Below are positions 27,496 to 36,843 of a stretch of DNA of 64,000 nt, one piece after another. This stretch comes from a virus. Below the pieces are notes generated by a model. That model was not told the DNA's origin, made no database searches, and worked only from the letters and a program-made list of their open reading frames with translations. Both the position numbers and the translations under genes were made by a program. Positions within the stretch are counted from its first letter, which is position 1. Each line of letters starts with the position of its first letter. The stretch spans positions 6,005 through 70,004 of IMG/VR virus record IMGVR_UViG_3300032298_000575, one strand, 5' to 3'.

Positions 27496-28854
27496 CTATT
27501 GCACTGCGGGTTGCTTCACTTCTTGGAGAAACGTCCGGACCCAAGGCCAAGCGGCGTCGGTAAACGGCTTGCCGACATACCTCTCATACATCTTCTTGGC
27601 GTAGATGTGCGGCGGATCTTCCATGCCAGTGGCTTTGCCTATATCGCGTAGGGTTTTAGCCACGACTTTGGCACTAGCTGGTCCTTCGACCGGAACAGGA
27701 GTTGTGGCAACCTCCTCTGGGGTCGCTGGGACTTCACCTTCACCCTTGCCCGTCACATTAAACCTATTGCCGTCGAATACGACCGCTTGCCCAAAGAGCT
27801 TTTTCGCTTCAGTAACATCGGTTTTATACTGCTCAAAAGCAGAGGACGTAATTCGTCCATCCTTGGTCTTGGCATAGGAGTTCATGTTCACGAACATTTT
27901 GCTACCGCTTCTCAGACCCTCCATTCCTGCGGCCAACTGGGCATCGGTCAGTTCCGCGCTGATATTGTCGTAATCATCACGCCCTTCGAATGGTCGCCCA
28001 TTCGCCGCATAGACTGGGATCATTTGACGTTTGGTCTCCACATCCATGAAAAGACCTTCGGGAGTCTCTTTAATCCCCAAACGCTGCTGCCCGAGCCGCT
28101 TTAAGTTTTCCCGCTCCAATTTTACTTCCGGAGCATTTTCATCAAGCCCACCCCCAAGAAGCTGAGTTAAGCGGTAGCTGGATTGGTTCATCGTCTCATC
28201 CAAAACCTTGGGGTCGACGGATCCCCCAGTGTTGGCACGCCGCATCGAGCCGACTTGGAAAACGGCATCTTCAGAAGCGACTCCGGCATCTGTCAGTTGT
28301 TTGAAAAGAGCTTGCTGCTGTGAATCGAAATTCGGGATGGCGCTGGCAATCACCGGACTGAACTCGCTCTCCAACAGCTTTTTCCGTGAGAGAAACTGCG
28401 GTGTCTTGATTCGCCCTTGGTTGAGTTCCTCAGTCAGTGCGGCCAAGTCGCCCTTATACCTTTGCAGATCTTCTTTGTAGGTATTCGTGGTCCAGTTGTA
28501 GAAGTCATCTTGCGGGGCAGCTTGTGCGGCCGGAGCCTGTTGTGCTTGCGCTCGGGGTTCAGGCTGACTCTCCGCAAAACGAACGACTGGATTTTCCGAC
28601 ACCAGGGTCGGTTGCATTTCCTGCTCGGTCAGGCTCAAGGTTTGGGGTTCGTAGGCTGGGGCTTCGGGTAGATTCGTCAGCGGATTCGGCTTACTTCCTG
28701 TGAAGCTGGACATATCCGCCGCAGGAGCCGAAGCGCCCCCAAACTTTGCGGTAAGAGCGGCATACTCACTCTTTGGGATTTGCTCCCCTGGGGCATAGTT
28801 TTTCCCCGTGCGAGGATTCGGCTGCGAATAGATAAACTGTTTGAGATCATCCAT
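27496..28854 (-). CDS. Putative internal virion protein
   Basis: 452 aa, synteny with the ejectosome block. Confidence 0.6.
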   Translation of the reverse strand: MDDLKQFIYSQPNPRTGKNYAPGEQIPKSEYAALTAKFGGASAPAADMSSFTGSKPNPLTNLPEAPAYEPQTLSLTEQEMQPTLVSENPVVRFAESQPEPRAQAQQAPAAQAAPQDDFYNWTTNTYKEDLQRYKGDLAALTEELNQGRIKTPQFLSRKKLLESEFSPVIASAIPNFDSQQQALFKQLTDAGVASEDAVFQVGSMRRANTGGSVDPKVLDETMNQSSYRLTQLLGGGLDENAPEVKLERENLKRLGQQRLGIKETPEGLFMDVETKRQMIPVYAANGRPFEGRDDYDNISAELTDAQLAAGMEGLRSGSKMFVNMNSYAKTKDGRITSSAFEQYKTDVTEAKKLFGQAVVFDGNRFNVTGKGEGEVPATPEEVATTPVPVEGPASAKVVAKTLRDIGKATGMEDPPHIYAKKMYERYVGKPFTDAAWPWVRTFLQEVKQPAVQ

Positions 28855-28858
28855 AGCT

Positions 28859-29287
28859 TTAGATGGTCACCATCTCCTCTTGACTGGTTTGAGGTGCTGA
28901 AGTCCCAAACGGCCGGAAACGCGGTTGAGCCGGAGGCTGCTGTGCATTAGTAGCCGGAGCATTGATACCCCCACCCCCACTACCTTGCCCACCACCGACA
29001 GCCGAGGTCACACCACGATAGCTATTATCCAGAGCGGCCGACTTGGTTCGGTATATTTTCTCCAAAAGCTGCGAATCATACGCAAACTTCTTTATGTTAA
29101 ATTCAGCCTCGGCCGCTTTTGCCGGAAGCAAAATACGCTGCAACTCCGCAGCCATTTGCATCTCCTGCTTGTCGCGCTGATTCTCCTGCATCGAGGTATA
29201 TGCAGTGAGAAAAGTTGCAGCAGGGTTCCATCCCCAAGGCGGGGTAGTTTCAACGGGATCCCAGAGCGGTGTTGGTTGGAAAGACAT
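28859..29287 (-). CDS. Putative internal virion protein
   Basis: 142 aa, Gln-rich, synteny. Confidence 0.55.
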   Translation of the reverse strand: MSFQPTPLWDPVETTPPWGWNPAATFLTAYTSMQENQRDKQEMQMAAELQRILLPAKAAEAEFNIKKFAYDSQLLEKIYRTKSAALDNSYRGVTSAVGGGQGSGGGGINAPATNAQQPPAQPRFRPFGTSAPQTSQEEMVTI

Positions 29288-29292
29288 ACGGG

Positions 29293-31203
29293 TTAGGCTT
29301 TGTATCCGGCGTTGTAATATCCGGAGTCACCCCAGCGGGCGATTTGCGCTCCGCGTCCGTAGGCTGCTCCAGCAGCTTGCGGGTTAGTGTAGAATCCGGT
29401 CTGAGCATTCAGCCCAGTGTAAGAGCTTCCAGAGGGCATCCGGTTGGTCAGTGCCGTGCCGGCTTGTCCAAGTGAGGAGATGCCACCGCCACCTCCACCA
29501 CCCCCACCAAACCCAAGGATACCGCTCGCCCCAGAGCCGAGCGCACCGCCGACCGAGGCTCCGGTCAAAGCGCCTCCAAGAGCCGCGCCTGTCGCCGCAC
29601 CAGGAGCCGCACCTACACCACCCGCAAGAGCGCCGACCGCAGCACCGGCAAGGGTAGCGCCGGTCGAAATGATCGAACCCCACATCGCGTTTTGATTGGA
29701 TTGGTTCTGCTGGTTAATCATTGCGTCCTGCTGGTAGGCACGTTCGATCTGCGAAGCAGCACCCCCACGGACAGTCGTCAACGCATTGAAAGCGTTGGTT
29801 CTCGCGGCTTCGCGCATCCCCGCAGCGCGGGTAGCCGCGTTAACATCCGTGTTATAGACGCTGCCCAAAGCATTGGCGTTGGTGGTGTAGAAGTTGCCCG
29901 CGGAGTCGACGTTCGTTTTATACAACGACCCCATCGTATCGAGGCCGACGCCGAGAAGTTTGGCGGCACGATCGGACTTCGTGTTAAAGATGTCCGTCGT
30001 CGTCTTTCTCTGGTTGTTGAAAAAGTTTTGCGTGTTGGCGACACCCATCCCGAGAAGCTCCCGGCCCCTCGCGACGTTTGTCGAATATATGTCTTTCGAG
30101 AGTCCGATCTGCTCGGCTCTGCGCGTATCAATACCGGCAAGATTTGTCCCGAATACGGTGCCCAGCGCACCCTGCCGTTGATTGCGATCGAACTCGGAAG
30201 TCTTCAGCCCTGCGTCGAAAAGATTGGCTGCTCTGTTCGTCAGGGTGTTTTGGTTGGCTTGCAAGAGACCCTCCGCATCGGTCTGGAGTCCGGCGACCCG
30301 TGAATTGTAATTGAGCACCCGCTGGCGCTCGTAGTCATTCATCCCACGCTGTTGAAGCTCCGCCGACGTTAGCCCGAGATCACGCGCCGTAAGACCTCGG
30401 CCCATTTCGCTTGAAGCCCCGAAGCCGCCCTGCAAAGCACGCATCGCGCTGGACCGCGCCAAGTTGGCTTGCGTATCGGCCGAGATCCGGCCGCTCATCA
30501 TCGCGGCGGCGTTCTCGTCAGCGATTTGCGAAAGCTCGACGGCGCGAGGGTCGGCTTCCGCCAACATTGCCGCCCGGGTCTGAACCGCAGCCATCGACAA
30601 CTGGCGGGCGGCATTGGTGAAAATATTCAAGCGTTCCGGGGTCAGAGACGCCGCTTCGTCCATGATGCCGCGATACTCGTCGGTGGCTCTTTGAACTTGG
30701 GATAGATAAGTATCTCCGAGCGTATCGGACCCGCGTTGGAACTCGTCCGTCGCCGCAAGGCGATCGGTGTCCATGCGGTCAAGAGCCGCTCCAACGTCTG
30801 TCGAAAGTTTGGTGTCGAGGGCTTGTGCTTCTCGCCGGAAATCAGTGAGGCGGTTTTCAACCGCATCGCGCTCGTCGACGTTCAATGCACGGGATGCCGT
30901 GGTGAGGTCGTTAAGGATCTTGTCGATCTCGCCGGAGAACTCCGAGCCAACTTTTTCAGCCTGGGTGGAAAGCCAGTTGTTTGCTTGTTCAAGACGGCCG
31001 AGAGCGACTTTTTCCTCGGAGGTCATCGAAGCCAAGAACTGCTGGCCCCGCGACTTCACGCTCGACTCCATCTGGCTGGCGAGAGCCGAGATATCGCCGA
31101 TCAATGCCTGCCCGTCGCGTTGCGTATCCGCGACGTAACGATCCATCCGGCGCGTGGTTTCCGCCGCGCTATTTCCTCCGCCCCCTCCTCCTCCGCCGCC
31201 CAT
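29293..31203 (-). CDS. Putative DNA-ejection / pilot protein
   Basis: MGGGGG start, long helical body, Gly/Ala-rich hydrophobic C-terminal segment. Confidence 0.65.
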   Translation of the reverse strand: MGGGGGGGGGNSAAETTRRMDRYVADTQRDGQALIGDISALASQMESSVKSRGQQFLASMTSEEKVALGRLEQANNWLSTQAEKVGSEFSGEIDKILNDLTTASRALNVDERDAVENRLTDFRREAQALDTKLSTDVGAALDRMDTDRLAATDEFQRGSDTLGDTYLSQVQRATDEYRGIMDEAASLTPERLNIFTNAARQLSMAAVQTRAAMLAEADPRAVELSQIADENAAAMMSGRISADTQANLARSSAMRALQGGFGASSEMGRGLTARDLGLTSAELQQRGMNDYERQRVLNYNSRVAGLQTDAEGLLQANQNTLTNRAANLFDAGLKTSEFDRNQRQGALGTVFGTNLAGIDTRRAEQIGLSKDIYSTNVARGRELLGMGVANTQNFFNNQRKTTTDIFNTKSDRAAKLLGVGLDTMGSLYKTNVDSAGNFYTTNANALGSVYNTDVNAATRAAGMREAARTNAFNALTTVRGGAASQIERAYQQDAMINQQNQSNQNAMWGSIISTGATLAGAAVGALAGGVGAAPGAATGAALGGALTGASVGGALGSGASGILGFGGGGGGGGGISSLGQAGTALTNRMPSGSSYTGLNAQTGFYTNPQAAGAAYGRGAQIARWGDSGYYNAGYKA

Positions 31204-31544
31204 TAGAGACCCACCTTTCTAGACAAGTGTTCGTGCCGGTAGACACGCAAACCGTTATTGTTGCGCGACCAGATGACAAAAAGTTGCGGGCGCGGAGCCA
31301 CGCGCACCATCTCGCGCACAGGGTTTTCCGTGCCGGTGGCCGCGGCCATATAGACAAACCAAGCGTTCGGGGTCTTATCCATGATGGATTTCTCCCCGTC
31401 CCAGTGTAATTCCTCCGCGCACAGAAAGATTTCCGGCGTCACATGCACGAGCCCGTGAAGCAGATAATACTCCAGCGCGATTTCGAAGGTGCGCTCCGGC
31501 ACATACTTCCGGTGCCAGTCCCGTGCAATCTGTAAAGCGGTCAT
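31203..31544 (-). CDS. Small virion-assembly protein (GNAT-like position)
   Basis: 113 aa between adaptor and ejected proteins, as T7 gp13. Confidence 0.5.
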   Translation of the reverse strand: MTALQIARDWHRKYVPERTFEIALEYYLLHGLVHVTPEIFLCAEELHWDGEKSIMDKTPNAWFVYMAAATGTENPVREMVRVAPRPQLFVIWSRNNNGLRVYRHEHLSRKVGL

Positions 31545-31572
31545 TGGTCATGTTTAGGGCGTTATTACTATA

Positions 31573-33915
31573 TCACCGAAACATAAGAACGCGACGGGTG
31601 TGGGCGGCTCCGCGGTTTCCGGTAAAGTTTTGTTGGGCGATCTGGCCAGCCAGCATCTCCTTGGCCTTCTCGATATGGGGGGTGATTTGCTCGCCGCCCA
31701 AGAGAATCCCTTTGGTTGCCTCGTAGATCGCTTGGTAGTTGCGAAGATACATCTTTTCCGAGTCGGCGGTATGTGGGACGAAGCGGCGTTTGGCCAAGAT
31801 CCGAACCACCGGAACCACGTTCGGCAGCGTGATCCAATACTTCCGCTTGAGGAACCCATCGGCCGGATCAATCGCCTCGCCGCGGTCGACCGCGCCCTCG
31901 CGCCAACTATCATCAGTCTCGCGGTATCCGGTGCCGCCCCGAATCCACTCATTGAGCCGATCATGCACGGGCTTGGGATCGCCGTCGAAAGACATATAGA
32001 GAATCGTCTCGACCTCACGGGGTAGGAAGAACTCACCCGTGGTAGAAACCGAAAGGGTATACTCGGCCACGGTGCCGACCCACTTGCCGGCAAACATCAG
32101 TTGCTCCTCGGCCGCGTTGACCATGCGCTTCACGGCGGAGTCCGAGAGTCGGTAAGCCTCGGGCAGTTCCAGCCCGATCCGGCCCCAGTGGTAGCCGAAG
32201 CTGTCATTAGCCGAAGCGAGCAACGCTTCACGGGTCGAGCGGCGGGCGGCTTCGATCGCAGTCATCACATCGCGTTCGACCGCAGCTAGGGCTTGCTGCT
32301 TGAGCGCGTTCGCCACATCCGGCTGGCCCGCCGAGGTCGCCAGATAGCTTTCGACCAAGATCTTCCGCTGCTCGTAGGTCGGCGTCGGTGCGGAACCGTT
32401 GTAATCCTCGCGGCGTTGGAGGAAGTCTTGCTGCGCCCCGATCTCGGTCGAAGCCTGGGACAGATAGGTGGTCAACCGTGCCGTGGGGATCGTGACCCCG
32501 TTGGGTAGTTCATTGTGCAGCTTACCCTCGTCGCCGGCCGCAGCCCGACGGGCCGCTTCGACTTGGGCCATCAAGTCACGCTCGATCAACGCTTGGCCTT
32601 CGGCTTTGAGCGCCGACGCGGCTTCGATTTGACCAGCCCCGGTCGCGACATAGGACTCCACGAACTTTTTCCGCACTTCATAGGTAAAAGGATTTGGTTT
32701 GGTTCCGCTCGAATAGTTCTCACGACGGGCCAAGAAGTCCCAGTGAGCGCCAGCCTCGGCGGCGGCTTGGCTCAGATACTCGTTGATACGGGCCGTGGCG
32801 ATCCGCACACCCTCGGGGAGTTCGTTGTGCAGACGCCCCGCCTCTCCGGCCGTAGCACGGCGTGCGGCTTCGACATTCTGCATCAAGTCGCGCTCGATGA
32901 TCGAAAACGCTTCCTGCTTCTTGGCTGTGGACACATCGACAGTTCCACTCAAAGTGGCGATGTAAGACTCAACCAAGGGCTTGAGCACCTCGTAAGCGAA
33001 CGGATTGGGCTCCACTCCGCTGGAGTAATCTTCGCGGCGAGTCAGAAAGTCGTAGTGTGTCCCTGCCTCGGTCGCCGCTTGGGAGAGATACGTGGTCAGG
33101 CGTGCCGTCGGGATTTGCAGACCTCCTGGCAGTTCATTGTGGAGCCGCCCTTCGGTTCCGGCCGCATCGCGCCGAGTCTGCTCAACCAAAGTCGTCACAT
33201 TGCGGTCAATCAACTCGAAGGCTTGAGTCTTGAGCCCCGTGCCATCGCCGCCCGCATCGGTAACGATCAACGACAGAGTCAGGAGTCGGACGACTTCGAC
33301 GGGAAGTAGTGAATTAAAAATCGCCACATCGGAAGTCAGGGCTGTGTAAGTAAGCGGTGTCCTCGACTTGTCTTCGCGGCGGCTGACAAAGTTGTGTTGG
33401 TCGATTGCTTGCTGGTAAGCCTGATTGATGAGGCTCTTGATCCGACCTTCAGGCAGGCGGTATTGGACGAGGGTCTCCAGACCGGCACGCCCCGTCAGTC
33501 CGCCAAAGGTATTCTGCCCGTTGTTGGTCGCAAGGGTCTGGAACGTGGCACGGCGAGCCCGCTCGACATCATTCATCAGGTTGCGCTCGATGTAGGAGTT
33601 GGCCTTGGTTTCCAACCCCGTGGCCAGTTCAAGCTGGTTATTCTCCTCACGCCAGAGCGCCAAGATCATGTTCTTGGTGGCGTCCAAGTTGTCGAGGATG
33701 AGGTTACCCGTAGCGGGGTTACCAGTCGTGCCGCCAGCGTTCCAAGTCAGGGAGGCTTTCTCCATTTCCTCGCGGCGGGAGAGGAAGTTGTAGTGGTCGA
33801 TCAGCCTACGCTGGGCCTCGTCAATCCTTTGGTCGATACGCGCCGTGTCGGTCACCGCCACGCCATTGTCGACGTAGGGTGCCAGCAAGTTACGCGCTTC
33901 GAGGTAGGTCGCCAT
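31573..33915 (-). CDS. Head-tail adaptor-like protein with internal tandem repeats
   Basis: C-terminal VNAAEEQL..GKW.GT...LPREVETI unit; five N-terminal repeats ending FLxRRE. Confidence 0.6.
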   Translation of the reverse strand: MATYLEARNLLAPYVDNGVAVTDTARIDQRIDEAQRRLIDHYNFLSRREEMEKASLTWNAGGTTGNPATGNLILDNLDATKNMILALWREENNQLELATGLETKANSYIERNLMNDVERARRATFQTLATNNGQNTFGGLTGRAGLETLVQYRLPEGRIKSLINQAYQQAIDQHNFVSRREDKSRTPLTYTALTSDVAIFNSLLPVEVVRLLTLSLIVTDAGGDGTGLKTQAFELIDRNVTTLVEQTRRDAAGTEGRLHNELPGGLQIPTARLTTYLSQAATEAGTHYDFLTRREDYSSGVEPNPFAYEVLKPLVESYIATLSGTVDVSTAKKQEAFSIIERDLMQNVEAARRATAGEAGRLHNELPEGVRIATARINEYLSQAAAEAGAHWDFLARRENYSSGTKPNPFTYEVRKKFVESYVATGAGQIEAASALKAEGQALIERDLMAQVEAARRAAAGDEGKLHNELPNGVTIPTARLTTYLSQASTEIGAQQDFLQRREDYNGSAPTPTYEQRKILVESYLATSAGQPDVANALKQQALAAVERDVMTAIEAARRSTREALLASANDSFGYHWGRIGLELPEAYRLSDSAVKRMVNAAEEQLMFAGKWVGTVAEYTLSVSTTGEFFLPREVETILYMSFDGDPKPVHDRLNEWIRGGTGYRETDDSWREGAVDRGEAIDPADGFLKRKYWITLPNVVPVVRILAKRRFVPHTADSEKMYLRNYQAIYEATKGILLGGEQITPHIEKAKEMLAGQIAQQNFTGNRGAAHTRRVLMFR

Positions 33916-34334
33916 TACTGGATCCTAATCCAAGTGTTGTTGGTCACTTTCTGCCACTCATAGTTTGTCGTTGCCGAATAAGAAGTCGGGTTGGTTCCGA
34001 CCACAGACTGCCCCCCGAGGGTATAGGAAACCGTGGCGTTGACCGCGGTCTTCGGGAAGACACGAATAGTCTGGCCGACGACGCTCGTGCTGTTGGACGG
34101 GAAAACGACTTCTAGTCCCGTGATGGCTGGATCGTGATTCAAGTAAATTGTCTCGTCCTGCCCTCCGGAATTGAAGGTGATTGTCCCGCCACCTGTCGGA
34201 GTAACGACACTGACCGTGGGGCGATTCTTCTTCGCTTCAGGTGCCGTGAGATAGGACGCAAAAGTATCCAGCAACGACTGCGGGTCGTTAGGATACTTGG
34301 TTCCGTTGGGAAGTGTTCCTGGGATGAGAGCCAT
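33915..34334 (-). CDS. Virion structural protein
   Basis: Thr-rich beta-strand character, tail module. Confidence 0.55.
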   Translation of the reverse strand: MALIPGTLPNGTKYPNDPQSLLDTFASYLTAPEAKKNRPTVSVVTPTGGGTITFNSGGQDETIYLNHDPAITGLEVVFPSNSTSVVGQTIRVFPKTAVNATVSYTLGGQSVVGTNPTSYSATTNYEWQKVTNNTWIRIQ

Positions 34335-34345
34335 TGTCTAATATA

Positions 34346-34720
34346 TTACTCTTCAAGGATACTGGCAATCTGTGCGTCCAGTGTCGGCTGCATTAGTTCA
34401 CCCTTGCGGTTGAAGAAAAATAGGGCTGGTAGCCCTTCAACTCCGAAAAGTTTCACCAGATCTCCGGACCAGCTTTTGCCGTCGAAGATCTGGGGCCACT
34501 GGATGTCGTGCTCGGCGACAAACTTTTTGAACTCTTGTTCGTCGTCATCCAAACACACCCCGACGATCTCAAAGCCTTGGCCGCGATATTTCTCGTAGGC
34601 CCGCTTCAAGTTTGGCATCTCGGCGACACACGTCCCGCAGCGGGTGTCCCAGAAATCAAGAAGCACTGCCGAGTTTTCGGGGACTTCTACGTGTTGACGC
34701 AGTGTGCTAATGATATTCAT
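34346..34720 (-). CDS. TlpA/thioredoxin-like thiol-disulfide oxidoreductase
   Basis: VLLDFWDTRCGTCVAEMP (CxxC), FEIVGVCLD, GVEGLP (cis-Pro); no signal peptide. Confidence 0.85.
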   Translation of the reverse strand: MNIISTLRQHVEVPENSAVLLDFWDTRCGTCVAEMPNLKRAYEKYRGQGFEIVGVCLDDDEQEFKKFVAEHDIQWPQIFDGKSWSGDLVKLFGVEGLPALFFFNRKGELMQPTLDAQIASILEE

Positions 34721-35463
34721 GCCACGATACCTCCTCTGACGGTTCCTGCCGTGATTACAGTTATTTTACTCGAACCTTGGTAGTAATTACCCGCAGCGCC
34801 ACCCGCACCTCCACCGTAATAAGGGGACGCGCCAGCGTTACCATTCAATCCTGAACCACTACCCCCTGAAGCTCCAGGGCTACCGTTTGGATAAGTATAA
34901 CCAGTTGCGTAATTTGGAGTGCACGCTGCGTTATAGGCAGTAGACGACCGAATGGGTTGACATCGGCCGCAAGTCCCTCCCGTTGATGATATGTATATAT
35001 CGTTGCCGTTGCATCTTGGGGTATATGACGCCAAATAAGTATAAGACGTTATACTAGTTCCATCTCCACCGTTACCACCCCCACCACCACCGATGACGCC
35101 ATTGTTTATGATGCGAACATTAGACTGAGCTTGCAGTGCTGTTCCCCCGTTGCCACCAGCACCGCCGTTACTCATAACACCACCGGATCCTCCAGCACCC
35201 GCCGCCCCCAATATATTCCCATTGTTAATGAGGGTCACATAGTCGATATCCTTGATATTGACTAAGAATGCGGGTGACCCAGTCGAAGCAGAACCGACAG
35301 TCACACCAGCATTAATGGTGACTTCAACTCGGGCTCTTTTTGAAGTTGACCACCCCAACGCTTGAAGGGATGTCGATAGATTATAGTTATTCGTGTTGGC
35401 GGGAATCACCAACTTTGCATTAAAGACCGAGGTGAGTCCTAGACTAATTGATCGACGAAGCAT
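34717..35463 (-). CDS. Gly-rich receptor-binding adhesin (T-even gp38-like)
   Basis: LINNGNILGAAGAGG, IINNGVIGGGGGG, GGAGGAAG motifs; Cys-containing loop. Confidence 0.7.
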   Translation of the reverse strand: MLRRSISLGLTSVFNAKLVIPANTNNYNLSTSLQALGWSTSKRARVEVTINAGVTVGSASTGSPAFLVNIKDIDYVTLINNGNILGAAGAGGSGGVMSNGGAGGNGGTALQAQSNVRIINNGVIGGGGGGNGGDGTSITSYTYLASYTPRCNGNDIYISSTGGTCGRCQPIRSSTAYNAACTPNYATGYTYPNGSPGASGGSGSGLNGNAGASPYYGGGAGGAAGNYYQGSSKITVITAGTVRGGIVA

Positions 35464-35466
35464 GGA

Positions 35467-36660
35467 CTAGATGAGATCACCCGCGAGAACCCAGTTGTTC
35501 ACCGAAACATAGAGTGCGGTTGCCGCAGACCATTGTTTGTAGAATCTTGTTAAATTGTCCGTTGTGCGCAGTGACGCTCCCCCACTGGCTGCAAAAGTAG
35601 TCTGGCCCGCTCCAATCTGGATGACCGTCACTTGTGTCCCTACAGGGAGTCCGATAGGCAGCGTCACAGTGTTTGCCACAGCCACATTCATTAGAATCAC
35701 TTTGTTGGCGTCGGATGCCGTGACGGTGTAGGAATTGGCTTGAGTGTTGAACTCAACGGGCGCTACTTTCACCGCGGTAACATTGGCGTCGACAATTTTT
35801 ATCGTGCTTACGGTTCCGTCGGCGATGGCACTGGCGGTTCCGGTTAGGTTCGCCGTAATCGTCCCAGCCGAAAAATTGCCGCTGGCGTCACGCGCTACGA
35901 TAGCGTTGGCTGTGTTGGCATTCGTTGCGGTGGTCGCGGAGTTAGAAACCTTTCCGGCCGTCGAGATCGTGGCCAGCTTCGTGTCAATAATACCCGCCGC
36001 CGAGTTGATGTTCGCGTTGACGATCGTGTCTGCTGTAATTACGGCCGGAATCGTAATGTTGGTCGAACCGTTGAACGAAGTTGCTGTCCCAGTCACGTCT
36101 CCGCTGATTGCGATGGTGCGGGCGGTCTGAAGGGTGGTCGCCGTGCTGACGTTGCCTGAGACTCCGCCGGTGGCAGTAAGGACTCCAGTAACAGCAAGGG
36201 TTCCACTGACGGTAGCGTTTCCTGTGATTGTCGTAGCGCCCGCTGCCAAAGTGCTCGATGTCGCAATAGCTCCGCTAGTATTGAACCCCGCCGATCCACC
36301 GATTGTCCCGTCCGTAATGGACCCACCGCCAACTTTTCCAGCGGTAGTGATCTTGGCCAGTTTGCTGTCTTCAATTCCGGCAGCAGCAACGACCTTCTCT
36401 TTAGTGATCGCACCGTCTGGGATGAGGTTTTGTGTCTCCAACTGACGGATTAGCGAACCTCGACGGACGACTACAACGTCACCCAACTGAGGTGTGTCGC
36501 CGGAAGTCTTAGTGGCAAAAATCGCCGCCTCGACTTGGGAGACGGTAGTTTTGAGGGTGTCTCCGTTTTTATTGACGACAAGCTCATCGGAGGCCGAAAG
36601 CGACCCTGTAATAGAGTCTAAGGCGTTGATTTTTTTGTCTGAGGTGTAAGACGTGGCCAT
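35467..36660 (-). CDS. Tail fibre protein
   Basis: TATTLQTARTIAISGDVTG, IVARDASGNFSAG fibre repeats; C-terminal GTQVTVIQIGAGQ...WVLAGDL. Confidence 0.8.
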   Translation of the reverse strand: MATSYTSDKKINALDSITGSLSASDELVVNKNGDTLKTTVSQVEAAIFATKTSGDTPQLGDVVVVRRGSLIRQLETQNLIPDGAITKEKVVAAAGIEDSKLAKITTAGKVGGGSITDGTIGGSAGFNTSGAIATSSTLAAGATTITGNATVSGTLAVTGVLTATGGVSGNVSTATTLQTARTIAISGDVTGTATSFNGSTNITIPAVITADTIVNANINSAAGIIDTKLATISTAGKVSNSATTATNANTANAIVARDASGNFSAGTITANLTGTASAIADGTVSTIKIVDANVTAVKVAPVEFNTQANSYTVTASDANKVILMNVAVANTVTLPIGLPVGTQVTVIQIGAGQTTFAASGGASLRTTDNLTRFYKQWSAATALYVSVNNWVLAGDLI

Positions 36661-36681
36661 TGTGCTTAAATTACGCTTTTA

Positions 36682-36843
36682 TTACTGGACGATCAAACGA
36701 TTCCCCTCATCGTCCAAAAGGAGTTCGTGGTCAGGGGAAGTCTGGATTTGCAGGGCATAGCCGTCGGTCGGGCTAGACCAAGAATTATGGTCAGCTTCAA
36801 TGTCGTTATCCAAGGTTCTCAGGATTTTCGGGTCAGCACTCAT
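36682..36843 (-). CDS. Small tail-associated protein (53 aa)
   Basis: MSADPKIL...LLLDDEGNRLIVQ; ATGA overlap with the nozzle gene; below the cutoff. Confidence 0.55.
   Translation of the reverse strand: MSADPKILRTLDNDIEADHNSWSSPTDGYALQIQTSPDHELLLDDEGNRLIVQ

Noticed and set aside
34717-35463. Diversity-generating retroelement targeting the adhesin
   Set aside because: No reverse transcriptase and no second near-identical template repeat seen in the window
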